Assembly: GCA_051362555.1 (NCBI GenBank)
Contig: CM120648.1
Span: forward strand, 15,372,587 to 15,436,586
Source: Lingula anatina
Lineage: Eukaryota; Animalia; Brachiopoda
Direction of reading: 5' to 3'
Length of the DNA stretch: 64,000 bases
The notes below the pieces were generated by a model. It was given only the letters and a program-made list of their open reading frames with translations, made no database searches and had not been told where the DNA came from. Positions 39,501 through 53,962 of this stretch are shown here, one piece after another. Position 1 is the first letter of the stretch. Every line of letters starts with the position of its first letter. A program made the translations under genes and the position numbers.

Positions 39501-40412
39501 TAGCTCCTTCTTTCGGCGTATCCTCAGTTCGACAATTCTACCTAATCCTCACCTAACACATTTCTGCCATTTTTGTGGTAAGCGTCACAATGAGACAGCA
39601 CAGCTACCGAAGTCAGATAGAAGCTAGCAATTGTTGAAGTTCAGATAACATTACTTTGTGAAAAGTAACCACTAATTGTGAAATGACCATAACGTGCGGG
39701 GTTTGTGCTTTTAGCGATTGTACTTATTTTAAACGATTATTTAAAGGTCGCTATATACTGTACATGTATATCATGGACACTGCTAAAACCCGAAAAGCTA
39801 ATAAAGAATATTCATTCCTTCGGCCTAAGTTCCTCTCTGTTTCCTCCCAACACCAGTCTATTTCTATCTCCACCCTTTACTCTAATTATTATATTAAACC
39901 TCTCCTATCCTTTAATTACTATGTTGAATATGAAAAACGATCACATGGCATCATAAGGTGCTTCACTCTATCTCGTACGTTTGCCTAACACTCACAAAAA
40001 GGTAGTTTTTCAACTAATGAGCTGCCATTTTAAAAATATTTTTTATGGAAGCAATTAGAATGCGTTGACCTCGTCTCTCCTACGCGCATTTAAGTGTCAA
40101 ACTGTGGTTGAGAAGAAGTTGCTTTCGTGATCACCCAAAAAACGTTTCCTTTTGATTCCATGCATTGATTCAGCACTTGACCAACACCCTGTCACATGAA
40201 CCGCCGGATATGACGACATCGACCACCTGACCCGTGCTTAAAATCCGCTCTCACACAAAACTTCTTATCTGCAGTATAGACTAGTGCAATTTTGAATATT
40301 TCTTTTTAAAAACTTATTCTTTGCCACGCAACTTTCCATCAACAATATAGCTTTTTGTATTACGTTATATATCAATTATTAAAAACACTGAGAATAAAAA
40401 CAGTGATGTAAC

Positions 40413-43400
40413 TGTTGTATATGTGCGCACGCTTCTTTTTACGTCGCTTATTCTTCTTTGTTACGTTAAAATGATACATACGTTACCATGAAGCGTGTAA
40501 ATATTTATTCTAGTTTCATTGGTTTTCTTTCGCTTTGTGGGCCAACACTGATCTCTTTTATTTGTGTTTCATTAAAATAGTGTTGGCCCACAAAAGGAAA
40601 GACAACCAATGGAAATAGAATAAAAAAATATTTACACGCTTTATGGTAACGTATGTATCATTTTAACGTAACAAAAAAATGAGCGACGTAATAACATGCG
40701 TGCGCACATTTACAACGTCGCAGGCAACCACAGAGTCGCGACAACAATGAACAAACAATGAAAACAGAAAACAAAACCTTCACATTATTTGATAACGTAT
40801 GTATCGGTGACGTATGTATCATATAAACAATTTCAACAAACGGTTTCAAGACAAGTAATCTTCTCTTGCCCTGCTTTTCCTTTTTAGTGTCATGTAGTAT
40901 GCCGTAAGAATAAGGCGTTTGCTCACAAAATGGACAACAAACAATAAAAAAAGTATTTACATGCCACATGGTAACTATTTTCATTGGATGTCTTTGGTTT
41001 TGCGTGCCAACACTTATGTCTTTATGTTACATTAAAACGAAAGAAAACTATCTGTGAAAATTGTTCATTTGATTGCTACATAACCGATATGTACGTGACC
41101 AAATAATATGAAGGTGTTGTTTTTTGATTCCATTGATTGTTTTCTGTTGTCACGACTTTGTGAGTGGCTGTGACTTTGTGTATGTGCGCACTACGTTTTA
41201 CGGCCCTCATTTCTTATTTGTTACGTAAATATGATACAAATAGGTTACCAAATAACGTGAAGGTATTGTTTTCTGATTCCATTGTTTGTTCTCTGTTGTC
41301 GTGACTCTGTGGTTGCGTGCGACGTTGTATATGTGCGCACGCTTGTTTTTACGTCGCTTATTCTTCTTTGTTACGTTAAAATGATACATACGTTACCATG
41401 AAGCGTGTAAATATTTATTCTATTTTCATTGGTTTTCTTTCGCTTTGTGGGCCAACACCAATGTATTTTATTTGTGTTTCATTAAAATGGCGTTGGCGCA
41501 CAAAAGGAAAGACAACCAATGAAAATAGATTAAAAAATATTTACACGCTTTATGGTAACGTATGTATCATTTTAACGTAACAAAGAAAATTGAGTGACGT
41601 AATATACAGCGTCACACGCAGAAACAAAGTCGCGACAACAGAGAACAAACAATGAAAACAGAAAACAAAACCTTCACATTATTTGGTAACGTATATATCG
41701 GTGACGTATGTATCATATAAACAATTTCAACAAACGGTTTCAAGACAAGTAATCTTCACTTGCCCTGCTTTTCCTTCTTAGTGTCATGTAGTATGCCGTA
41801 AGAATAAAGCGTTTGCTCACAAAACGGACAACAAACAATACAAAATAAAAGTATTGATATTCTTATTCGTTTCACTTAATCGTATATAAATCATTTATTG
41901 TCTAATAACTCGCAACGAAAACACCCAAACACCGCATCAAATCCAAATCATTTTATTTCGTTAACCATTGCTATCAGGTGTTGCATGCCTGTCTGCGTCA
42001 CAGAATGCGTACATACCACGCATTTACTGTACTTCACCCACTCTCAATCTATAACCTTCTACCAACTTCTCATATCCAATACTTCTGCTATTTTGTTGAA
42101 CACATTCAAATTTTAACCACATTTTATCATCATCATTCAGTGCCCTGCTGTTCAGCGTTGGCGATCATGTCTCTCCAGACATCTAGGTGTCCACCTTTTA
42201 TACAATTCAGTAAACCCTTTTAATGGTTGCATTCTTATCTGTATTACCCAATGCGTACATACCACGAATGAACTGTACATCAGAAACTATCACCTTCTCA
42301 GTCTTATCACTACTACCACTTCTTTGTTACACCCCGCTTTCACCTTTTATACTGTTTAAACAACACTCATGAATACTACAAAACGTATACCCTTTTTCAA
42401 TACATCAACTTATAGCAACTGGCTCCTCTTATACCTTCTCTTATAGACATTGCTTCTCTGACCTGCTTATAATCTCTTCGTATGCCATCGATACTATTTA
42501 AAATATTCTTTCATCACACATTTGCAATTTACTTCACCAGTCCGACGCAGACGGCTGAAACAGTCTCGAATGAAAACTACTCGTCTCGCTATTCCTTTTA
42601 TACTAATGCACAATACTCAATCTGCGCATCTCAGATTCCCCGCCCTGTGAATTCATTTCCTCACCTGACTCGCTTCTCTTACACATTTACGTTGACTCCT
42701 TAAACGACAATAAATTCATTCAAACGCCACATGGTAACTAGTTTTTAATGGGTTGTCTTTCGTTTTGTGCGACAATACTTGTCTTAATGCTACATTAAAA
42801 TGAAAGAAAAGGAGACAAATAAGATTTCTTGCACTCAACTATCTGTGAAAATTGTTTATTTGATTCATACGTTACCGATATGTACGTGACCAAATAATAT
42901 GAAGGTGTTGTTTTCTGATTCCATTGTTTGTTTTCTGTTGTCACGACTTTGTGAGTGGCTGTGACTTTGTGTATGTGCGCACTACGTTTTACGGCCCTCA
43001 TTTCTTATTTGTTACGTAAATATGATACAAATAGGTTACCAAATAACGTGAAGGTATTGTTTTCTGATTCCATTGTTTGTTCTCTGTTGTCGTGACTCTG
43101 TGGTTGCGTGCGACGTTGTATATGTGCGCACGCTTGTTATTACGTCGCTTATTCTTCTTTGTTACGTTAAAATGATACATACGTTACCATGAAGCGTGTA
43201 AATATTTATTCTATTTTCATTGGGTTTCTTTCGGTTTGTGGGCCAACACCTATGCATTTTATTTCTGTTTCATTAAAATTGTGTTGGCGCACAAAAGGAA
43301 AGACAACCAATGAAAATAGATTAAAAAATATTTACACGCTTTATGGTAACGTATGTATCATTTTAACGTGACAAAGAAAAATGAGCGACGTAATATACAG

Positions 43401-46400
43401 CGTCACACGCAGCAACAAAGTCGCGACAACAGAGAACAAACAATGAAAACAGAAAACAAAACCTTCACATTATTTGGCAACGTATATATATCGGTGACGT
43501 ATGTATCATATAAACAATTTCAACAAACGGTTTCAAGACTAGTAATCTTCACTTGCCCTGTTTTTCCTTCTTAGTGTCATGTAGTATGCCGTAAGAATAA
43601 GGCGTTTGCTCACAAAACGGACAACAAACAATACAAAATAAAAGTATTGATATTCTTATTCGTTTCACTTAATCGTATATAAATCATTTATTGTCTAATA
43701 ACTCGCAACGAAAACACCCAAACACAGCATCAAATCCAAATCATTTTATTTCGTTAACCATTGCTATGATCTGTTGCATGCCTGTCTGCGTCACAGAATG
43801 CGTACATACCACGCATTTACTGTACTTCACCCACTCTCAAACTATAACCCTCTACCAACTTCTCATATCCAATACTTCTGCTATTTTGTTGAACACATTC
43901 AAATTTTAACCACATTTTATCATCATCATTCAGTGCCCAGCTGTTCAGCGTTGGCGATCATGTCTCTCCAGACATCTAGGTCTCCACCTTTTATACAATT
44001 CAGTAAACCCTTTTAATGGTTGCATTCTTATCTGTATTACCGAATGCATACATACCACGAATGAACTGTACATCAGAAAACTATCACCTTCTCAGTCTTA
44101 TCACTACTACCACTTCTTCTTTGTTACCTACACCCCGCTATCACCTTTTACTCTGTTTAAACAACACTCATGAATACTACAAAACGTATACCCTTTTTCA
44201 ATACATCAACTTATAGCAACTGGCCCCTCTTATACCTTCTCTTATAGACATTACTTCTCTGACCTGCTTATAATCTCTTAGTATGCCATCGATACTATTT
44301 AAAATATTCTTTAATCACACATTTGCGATTTACTTCACCAGTCCGACGCAGACGGCTGAAACAGTCTCGAATGAAAACTACTCGTCTCGCTATTCCTTTT
44401 ATACTAATGCACAATACTCAATCTGCGCATCTCAAATTCCCCGCCCTGTGAATTCATTTCCTCACCTGACTCGCTTCTCTAACACATTTACGTTGACTCG
44501 TTAAAAGACGGGGTCCGCCATATAGATAAACGTCCCAATAAAATATTCGCCCCGATAGATACGTCTCTATACATACACGTCTCAATAGATTTACGTCTCG
44601 TTAAATTTACGTTCCGATAGATCCACCAACAGATTCTTATAAACTCACGTATCTTTAGATCCAGGTACCGCTAGATCCATCTATCTGACATCGTAATCGG
44701 CTAAAAGGCCCATATCAACTTGCGTTGTGAAATTTAGAACACATTTTTATGTTCCTTTTTGTTTTGTTTTGTTTAGAACACATTTACATGTAAATTCAGA
44801 ACACTTTTTACGTGTTCGAATGTTGCATTTTGAGAACGCTTTAAACAGTGTTCTGACGCTAGAACAGTAATTAAGCGTTGTGAAATATAGAACACACTTT
44901 TGTTCTTTTTATGTTCTTTCACTGAGTATTGTGTGAAAACGACCTAGTAGAATAATATATTGCTGACTGCGTATTGCCGTTTTAAAGAAGTGCATTTTTT
45001 GTACTGAGTAGTATACCAACCATTTCGAGCAATAGTGTACCTGTAATGGATCTATCGGTATTTGGATCTAAATATACGTGGATCTATAGGTATGCGGATT
45101 TAAAGGACGTGGGTTTATGAGGACGTCATATCTATAGGAACGCAAATATATAGGACAGCAGAAAAAAATCGGATCTATCGGTATTTAAATCTAAAAAGAC
45201 GTTTTTTCCGTTTTTCCTTTATGTATCTATCGGTAACGGGAGTATAGGGACGTGTAATATTTTGGGACTAAATTTTATCCGTACGTACCCTAAAAGACAA
45301 TAAATTTAATATGAAGGTGTTGTTTTTTGATTCCATTGATTGTTTTCTGTTGTCACGACTTTGTGAGTGGCTGTGACTTTGTATATGTGCGCACTACGTT
45401 TTACGGCCCTAATTTCTTATGTGTTACGTAAATATGATACATATGCGTTACCAAATATCGTGAAGGTATTGTTTTCTGATTTCATTGTTTGTTCTCTGTT
45501 GTCTTGACTCTGTGGTTGCGAGCTACATTGTATATTTGCCCACGCTTGTTTTTACGTCGCTTATTCTTCTTTGTTACGTTAAAATGATACATACGTTACC
45601 ATGAAGCGTGTAAATATTTATTCTATTTTCATTGGTTTTCTTTCGCTTTGTGGACCAACACTTATGTCTTTTATTTGTGTTTCATTAAAATAGTGTTGGC
45701 ACACAAAAGGAAAGACGATCAATGAAAATAGATTAAAAAATATTTCCACGCTTTATGGTAACGTATGTATCATTTTACCGTTACAAAGAAAAATGAGCGA
45801 CGTAATATACAGCGTCACACGCAGCCACAAAGTCGCGACAACAGAGAACAAACAATGAAAACAGAAAACGAAACCTTCACATTATTTGGTAACGTATATA
45901 TCGGTGCCGTATGTATCATATAAACAATTTCAACAAACGGTTTCAAGCTAAGTAATCCTCACTTGACCTGCTTTTCCTTCTTAGTGTCATGTAATATGCC
46001 GTACGAATAAGGCGTTTGCTCACAAAACGGACAACAAACAATACAAAATAAAAAAGTATTTACACGCCGCATGGTAACTATTTTCATTTGTTGTCTTTCG
46101 TTTTGTGTGCCAACACTTATGTCTTAATGTTACATTAAAGTGAAAGAAAAGGAGACAAATAAGATTTCTTGCCTTCAACTTTCTGTGAAAATTGTTAATA
46201 TGATACATACGTTAGCGATATATACATGGCCAAATAATATGAAGGTTTTGTTTTCTGATTCCATTGATTGCTTTCTGTTGTCACGACTTTGTGAGTGGCT
46301 GTGACTTTGTATATGTGCGCACTACGTTTTACGGCCCTCATTTCTTATTTGTTACTTAAATATGATACATATACGTTACCAAATAACGCGAAGGTATTGT

Positions 46401-46672
46401 TTTCTGATTTCATTGTTTGTTCTCTGTTGTCGTGACTCTGTGGTTGCGTGCGACGTTGTATATGTGCGCACGCTTGTTTTTACGTCGCTTATTCTTCTTT
46501 GTTACGTTAAAATGATACATACGTTACCATGAAGCGTGTAAATATTTATTCTATTTTCATTGGTTTTCTTTCGCTTTGTGGGCCAACACCCATGTCTCTT
46601 ATTTGTGTTTCATTAAAATAGTGTAGGCGGACAAAAGTAAAGACAACCAATGAAAATAGATTAAAAAATATT
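40413..46672. repeat. Palindrome-rich macrosatellite array (period ~1793 bp), unit 2
   Basis: Same modules as 17135-21645. Palindrome centres lie near 40565, 41475, 43265, 45680 and 46608 (truncated); spacer copies at ~41858-42715 and ~43650-44509. Confidence 0.9.
44511..45290. mobile_element. Foldback/Mutator-like non-autonomous element (780 bp) inserted in the macrosatellite
   Basis: Flanked by the direct repeat TAAAAGAC(G/A) (44502-44510, 45291-45299). Ends GGGTCCG / CGTACCC; arms are built of inverted GATAGAT/ATCTATC subrepeats. Other spacer copies show the empty site TTAAACGACAATAAAT. Confidence 0.75.
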
Positions 46673-48514
46673 TAGCTCCTTCGCATTACAGAATTCTTTA
46701 AAAAACGTCAGTTTTTATCTAAGTAATAAACCTTAATTTGGCTGAAACAAACCAACAGAATCCTGGTAAAGATGGATCGGTCTTTGACTTTGATTTATTT
46801 TTATTAAGCAGAACTGCGGCATATACTATCGTTGTACATAGTGTACTCCAGTTAGAATATCCCCCATGTACCAAACTTTTTGTTCACACAATTAATACAA
46901 AGATTCAGTATTTACAAATATGCTTATATCCTGCCTTCATGTTTATATCAGTTTTGTAATTTACAACGATGTGGCAGCCCGAGTTCTGATTTAAAGTGAA
47001 TGTCATATTTCTGAACTATAGATTTACTGATTCACTTCATTTTTTTCACTTGGCTTTTACTTGAAATAAACTTGTCTTTGTCGTGACTATAAATTGCATA
47101 AATTTTGTGCGGTGTAAAAGAAATATAAAAGCGCAAGAGATGTTCTTGTATTAAAGAAATGAATAAACTTAATGAACCAAACGGGAAGAAAAACGTAATG
47201 AGATCTCTCTTGGTTGTTGGACGTTCGGAAAACCATACGAAATCAATTATGTTGGTTCAGTTAATGTAGACGTGTAATTTTTGATGGCAACACGTTTACA
47301 TGCCAGAGAGTAATGTCAGTGAAAATAACGTAGCATCTGCCAGTGGACCACCACTGAACAATTGTTGCACGCATGGAGAATGGAATCGGATTGATATCTT
47401 TCCAACTTACAACTCTTTTGAAAAGACGATGATATCGTAAGAAAAACATCAGCAGTTGGTTGTTAGTGCGGTTTTTCTATTTCTTGATAAGTCTGATTAT
47501 GCACGACCATCTGACACACCTTACAGAGATGGGCAATTGTGCAACTAAGATTTTGAAGGGGGTCACCTTACTCTGTGTCTTTTTAATTAAAAGATGGGAG
47601 TTTCCGTTGCTTCCGAAAGTCACTATCTATCACCAAATACTATTCTCATTGCTTCCGACCACACCAGTCACAAACTTATACCAATTATGAGTGCACGTGT
47701 CTATAAAAAGAATCGACATGCCCTTAGCACTTCCTTTGTATATAGCATTGATGATTGGGTTATACAGGTAGTAAACTACATCAAAATACCTAACTGAGAG
47801 AGCTTATGTAGACCTCTTCAAAGGAAACGTGTACAAAACGCATTCTTTTTTATTACTATTCGGAGGAAATTTCGGGTGTTTTATAGTGATTATTAGTTTC
47901 AATACCACTAGCAAAGTTTACTTTCTTCAGAATCAGAGTTTCTTGGAGAACTTAAAGAAATAATATGTAATGGCACTGTGGTGGTAGTGGTTGTCACACC
48001 TTATAAAATCAACATTTCTTTCATACACAGCTGTATCGCTGCAGATACACATATTTAAGCGCTGGACATGCAAAAGAAACAAGACATACGACCATAATAC
48101 ATACTTCTGTGGATTTATTCAATGGGTTTATAAATATGATCCTGTAAAAGTGTTTTTTCGATATAGATTCTTAGGCACACAATTCCCATGGTCATACTTT
48201 ACAATCAACATTGATCGAAAACAGATCAAAACAAAATGACATCTTGATCAATATATTTTATTGCACGAGCGATGTAAAATTTCATACATGTAATACAGAA
48301 TATGTTTCCAAATTGTACCGGTCTATTTATGGCCAAAAAAGTCCAGATCTTAAGAGGCACATGTACAAGGAACTGTATAGAATGGGTCATGTGGTTGATG
48401 TCGTCATATCCGCTTGTGCACATTACAGAATTAAGGTTATGCGCAGCATCAGTTTCTGGAATAGAAAGAAATGATTGATAATGACTTTTACACACTACAT
48501 AGGTCACGCTAGCT

Positions 48515-49193
48515 ATTAAAACGGACCAATACAAGACTTGGTGGATTGACTAGTTGGAAAAATGTTAGCAAAGGTTTCTCAACTGCATATGGTCCAGTTA
48601 TGAACCAGTATAACCCAGATAATTTCCCACCGGAATCCACCCACGGCAAAGTGCCAAAATCCAAAATGGCCGCCAATGCGTAGGGGAGGGTAATTAAATG
48701 TAAACTGGGTAACTTAGAAACTTGTGACAGGTACCATTTCTAATGATCAAAGGCATGGCCATCCATTTGAAAATGGTTTGGAAGTCATCAGAGGTCAAGG
48801 TCATGCTTAAATGGCAATGTCAGTCTCGAAAAAAGGGCCAAATACTTTAAAATACATCAATTATCTTTATTCTTTCAGAAATGAACTTACATTTTTATGA
48901 TTTTTGTAGCTTCTGTTGAGAACTGCATACAGGAGACCACCACTGAGAACGTCAAAACGTTGAATGATACCTGTCGCAAGTTTCTAAGTTGCCCAGTTTC
49001 CATGGTATGCCCACTTAAATACCCCCCCAATGCATTGGCGGCCATTTTGGATTTTGGCACTTTGCCATGGGTGGATTCTGGTGGAGCTTTATCTGGGTTA
49101 TATTGGCCCCAAACTGGACCAGATTCTGTTGAGAAACCTTTGTTAACATTTCTCCAACCTAAGTCGTTCGTTTACTGGGCTGACCCGTTTACA
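48515..49193. mobile_element. Foldback/MITE-like element with long inverted arms (unit 2 copy)
   Basis: Orthologue of 24620-25255, with more complete arms (GGTCCAGTT..AACTGGACC; AACTGGGTAACTTAGAAACTTG..CAAGTTTCTAAGTTGCCCAGTT). Confidence 0.7.
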
Positions 49194-49404
49194 GAATAAA
49201 TAGTGTTGGCCAAAACGATGACATTATCATCACGAATTATGTCATATTTTCAGACTTTATCAAAACGAACATTGCCTATAAACATTTTTTCATCTTTTTT
49301 TCTGACTTGTTTTAAAAAGCCATTAGGAATACATGCATTAAGCTGAAGTGATTCCAGTGTACAAACGAGAAAAAAAATTAAAAATGTGACAGCATAACGT
49401 AATC

Positions 49405-50114
49405 TTACTGAATACTGACTCCATCCCAATGGGGCATGACTCCATTCATTCCTCTGTATTGAGGCTTTCCGTATCCAGCACTTTTGTATCCATAGCCTCC
49501 TCTATTGCTGTTGTAACTGTAGCTGCGATATCCGTTGCTATCGCCATATCCGTACCTTTGATCTAAATAGCTGTTGTCGCCATTTCCATATCCGCCTGGT
49601 TGGTATCCATACTGAGTCCTTTTACAAAATAAAAAGACAAGCAATTTTTCAATTTCATCGGGATAAACTATCAATATGAAAGAAGAAAACGTCGCCTGTC
49701 AAACAGTCTTCAGTGGCACTCCTCTTATAAGACGTGCACTAAAGACTGAGCGTATCATTTTCTTTATAAAAATATCATTTCTTCGTATGTGTTGTCTCAA
49801 TTCTCTTTTTTCTCTGAGCCGACGTCTTCACTCCCGTTCACCTCCAGCTAATAATGACCACCCAGCTTCACGTCTTACACCACTAGACGTCACTTCCGAC
49901 ACAATCCTGTCTCCTCCGGTTCCCCTTTTAGATAAATTGAGCATTGGTAAGAGTTAATTGCAGAAATGAACAATTATACAGTAAGTAATAAACCTCTCTC
50001 TCACACACACAAACACACACACAATCACAAACTAACACACCTTTTACTCCCAGAGTCCCACAAAGAGGCTGCTGTCAAAGCCACGAGAGCAGCGAGTAGA
50101 ATCAGCTTTATCAT
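49405..50114 (-). CDS. Small secreted Gly/Tyr-rich protein, copy 2 (~95 aa)
   Basis: Exons 50114-50041 (MIKLILLAALVALTAASLWDSGSK) and 49618-49405 (RTQYGYQPGGYG...WDGVSIQ*). Same splice sites as copy 1; TATA at 50210-50216. Confidence 0.78.
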
Positions 50115-50960
50115 CTTGGCGGCAAAAGAGGCGTCGTCTGCTATCTGTTGAAGTGTGACTTGGAGCTTGACTGAAGTCGAAGTCTGTCAAAACTGGACCA
50201 AGACAAGCATTTTATACCGTCCCAACGGGTTTGTGATTTTATATTTTGGAAGCAGTATTTTGCCTTGAGAAATTTGTGACGAAGGTTGGGATGGTTAATT
50301 TGATATAAGCCACATGCAGAATAAATCACCATTTATTTGCGTTTCAATGGGCAACGCATCGTCAAACTATGAAAACTAATTCTCTTGACTTACTTACAGT
50401 CAGTGCTTATTACAATGGAAAGAACACAGGAGAGAAATGAAGACCAAGATAAATATATGCTCTTAGCAGCTGTTTCTAACTTCTTTGTTGCAATTATAAG
50501 ATACGACAGTCAAACATTTGGCAAGAAAGTGGCAGTGGCTAGGGGAATTTTTTATATTTATATCTTTATATTTTGACAGAGAGGAAAAAAGCGTTTTGTA
50601 ATAAATTCAAATCATAATCACAAGACCATGCCACAAGCCCGCTTATCCTTGATACTCATCTAGCAAATGATAAATTGCAATTTCTGCTGATAGATGAATA
50701 ATACCAATACTGAAAATTGAAAAAACAACACCGATTTGTCTCTTTAATACAGTTATGGCAAGTCTAACCTTATTATCTATTCTGGTAAGAAGTAACAATA
50801 GGTTAGGACACTATATTGTACGACCTTTTCTTTTCTTTAGATAGTAATGCCCAGCCTTGGGTAGATTTAAAAGATGTTTTATGTTACAACTGATAGACTT
50901 ACATAACAGGGTTCGAACCAAAGAGAACCTGACGGATAAGTGTGATAGCTGCAATCGGCG

Positions 50961-51019
<59 letters not shown>

Positions 51020-51631
51020 ACATGCTAAGATAAAACATGCAGTGCAAATCATCGGCAAGAAATATAATTTTTTAACAGAAGGATGAGCTTTCTGTAATCC
51101 TCATACATGTCTTTAAATGCAAAAAGAGACCTCCAAAATCTCCACTTATGTCAAGAGCTACATTTATTAGATTATGAAGCCTCGCAACACACACATACAC
51201 ACACACGCGTGCGCGCGCGCGCGCACGTTCATCTACACTAAGAGAGAGAGGGAGAGAGGATTGATTTGCATCAAAAGGCCATTAAATGGGTGGAGGATTA
51301 TCACCTCTATCACCTTTGGAGACAACAGAGGACATCTAATAGACCTAAGGCTTATTAAACTACTAAGTACCAAAGGCGTTTTGAATCTATTCATGAAAAG
51401 GGTAGCAAGTTCGTACTAATTTGTCAGCGAAAATGTGGGTTTATCTTTCGGGGAGAAGCGTTTATTTGTATTTGATGATTAGCTGTTTTTTTTTATTAAA
51501 ATGGTGTTCATCGGATGATTTCGGAAATTCCAGGCTCTGTCATCTTAATTTGTGTGAAAACCCCATTCACAAAATTCTCATAATGTGTAAACTTTATTCT
51601 GTCAGTGTGTGCGTGTGCGTGTGTGTGTGTA

Positions 51632-51692
<61 letters not shown>

Positions 51693-53962
51693 GTTCCCCT
51701 TAAAGCAGACAAGCACATTACAAAGTCACAGGATTAAGTCAGATCCGGCAATTTCCAATCCTTTCCTCGTTTGCTTATTGCAATAAAAATCTTTACGACC
51801 TACTTAAGGCAATTACTACCGTGTCAAATACTCGTAAAATACTGTCGTACATGTCGTTCTAGTTGTACATACCCCAAGGTTGAACAGTCGGGGTTAATTC
51901 GCCAACATTATATCACAAAGACGCTGAGCTGAATAATAACGTCCTTCTTTCTTTTTCATTTTTTATTGTTTGTCTTACAATGTGATTCAGGGTTCATGGA
52001 ATGTCTTCTTCTTCTTCTTCTTCTTCTTATTAGACAGATTTTCAAAATATCCTGTGTTGGAATGCTACGGGTGAGTCAGATAGTGTGGTGTTTTCTACCG
52101 TGTACAAGTCAAACTGTCATCAGTGGCCACAGAACCAGTCTTTTTGCCGAGATATTCGTCCACAAACCAAGATGAAATTTTCCACGCAACTTCTCTGTAT
52201 AGAGAAAGACTGAATCCTCTTTTTCCACTAAAGCTGAAGATAAGACAGTGACAGCATTTTGTGTTTTTTCCCTCTAAGTCTCAATTTCTCTTGAATCTTT
52301 CAAGTGCACTACCAAGTTAATTTTTTTTGTTATTTGATGAGTATTCACGTTTAATAACGAAGAGCACAATATAATCGTTGCCTCAGAAATACATCAAGCA
52401 AATGAGTTCAAGAGAATTACGAAGGGAAATACTAAGCCCGTTCAAGATCACGGTCAATTTTCAGTAATAAAAGCGGGCCTCTGTTTCAAGCTTGTGAAAA
52501 CAAACGTTGTAATTTTAATTTAAAAAAAAATTATTTACCACCAGTTTCTCTTTTTCTAATATTCGAAATCTCCAGAACTCGCGTCCTCTATCTTCAAATA
52601 ATATTAACGCTCAACAACTTCAAGACTATGATAAAAATAATCATATTTTTAAATTGTAACTTACAAAATATATTTCTCTCTTATTGTTTTAACCAGAGTC
52701 TTTCTATGGTATTCAAAAATTATTCTACTTACTGGTACTTTCAACATAAAAGATCATCTTGAACACACACATACCCGCTTGGTTTTAGAGAGAACAAAAG
52801 CGACTGGTTTTTTACTACGATAAAAATATTTTTTCTCTGAAATATAACCAGATATATTGCAATATCCTTTGTAGTTCTACCAGTATAATGTGATTTCTAG
52901 CTCACCAGACATATCTAGGTGACAGGCATTGTTTCAGTGTGATGCATGCGTTTCCTATCCTTTTTTTTTTTTAGAAAACATGTTGATTTTTGAGATGACC
53001 ACTAACTAACAAATAAACAGAGTCAGAACACAACAAGCCTTCGGTCTTTATTTTTTAATGACGTCATAAGGTATTTTACTGTGGTTCACAGATTGGCAAT
53101 GTTAGTACGGTGAATTGTTCCTTTCGGGTGTGATACAATGTGTAATTCATAACTGGAAACTGTTCGTATTCACGCGTGTAAAGACAACTCAAACTTAGCA
53201 GCAATTACAAATTATAATTACAAATTATAATATACCGATGTCAAAGGCTTTTCTGATGTATGGCACGCGCCCTCAGCGTCTCTGCAGGGGCCGCACCTGA
53301 GATTTTTTATTAACCATTAATTATCGCGTACGTCCACTGCTCCAGTCTATGGAAATCGATTAAAATGGCCTTCCTTGGCAAGGACCTTACACCCACTGGA
53401 AGAATTTCATTGGAATGTTGAGGCCTAATGCCTCCTCGTCCTGAAACAAAGTTTTTGGTGGCTAAGGACCTTGTTTCCCGTGGATTTGCCACTAATTGAG
53501 GTTCGTTAGGGGTGGAAAGGAAAGAAATAGTATTGATATGTTAATACAAAGAATCTCAGAATGTAACAAAGCATGAGGTAAGGACAGTCGTTCTATTTTA
53601 TGAATATTTTCTTATTTGAATAATACACACACTGGACAATAGAAGTGTCACCCCCTGAATCAGAGTAATCAAAGTTATTAACCTGAAGAGGCGCAATATA
53701 AGCAATGTCATAATATCGATACAGTTGAATTGTTCAGTCAGAACCGTTTCTTTTGTGTATAAAAGGATACCAGGAGCATATCATTCCACAATCATTTATC
53801 TCCCCCAAAGTATTGGTTCAGTAGGAGTGACTCTTCTATTGTCCGGTGTGTGTAATTGTCATATAAAACTAAGAAAATAATTAATTAACCCGAAATTCAA
53901 GACAGATATCCTAAGTGGAAATAAATACTATCATTACGTATTCCTTTTGTGTCTCAGAATTG

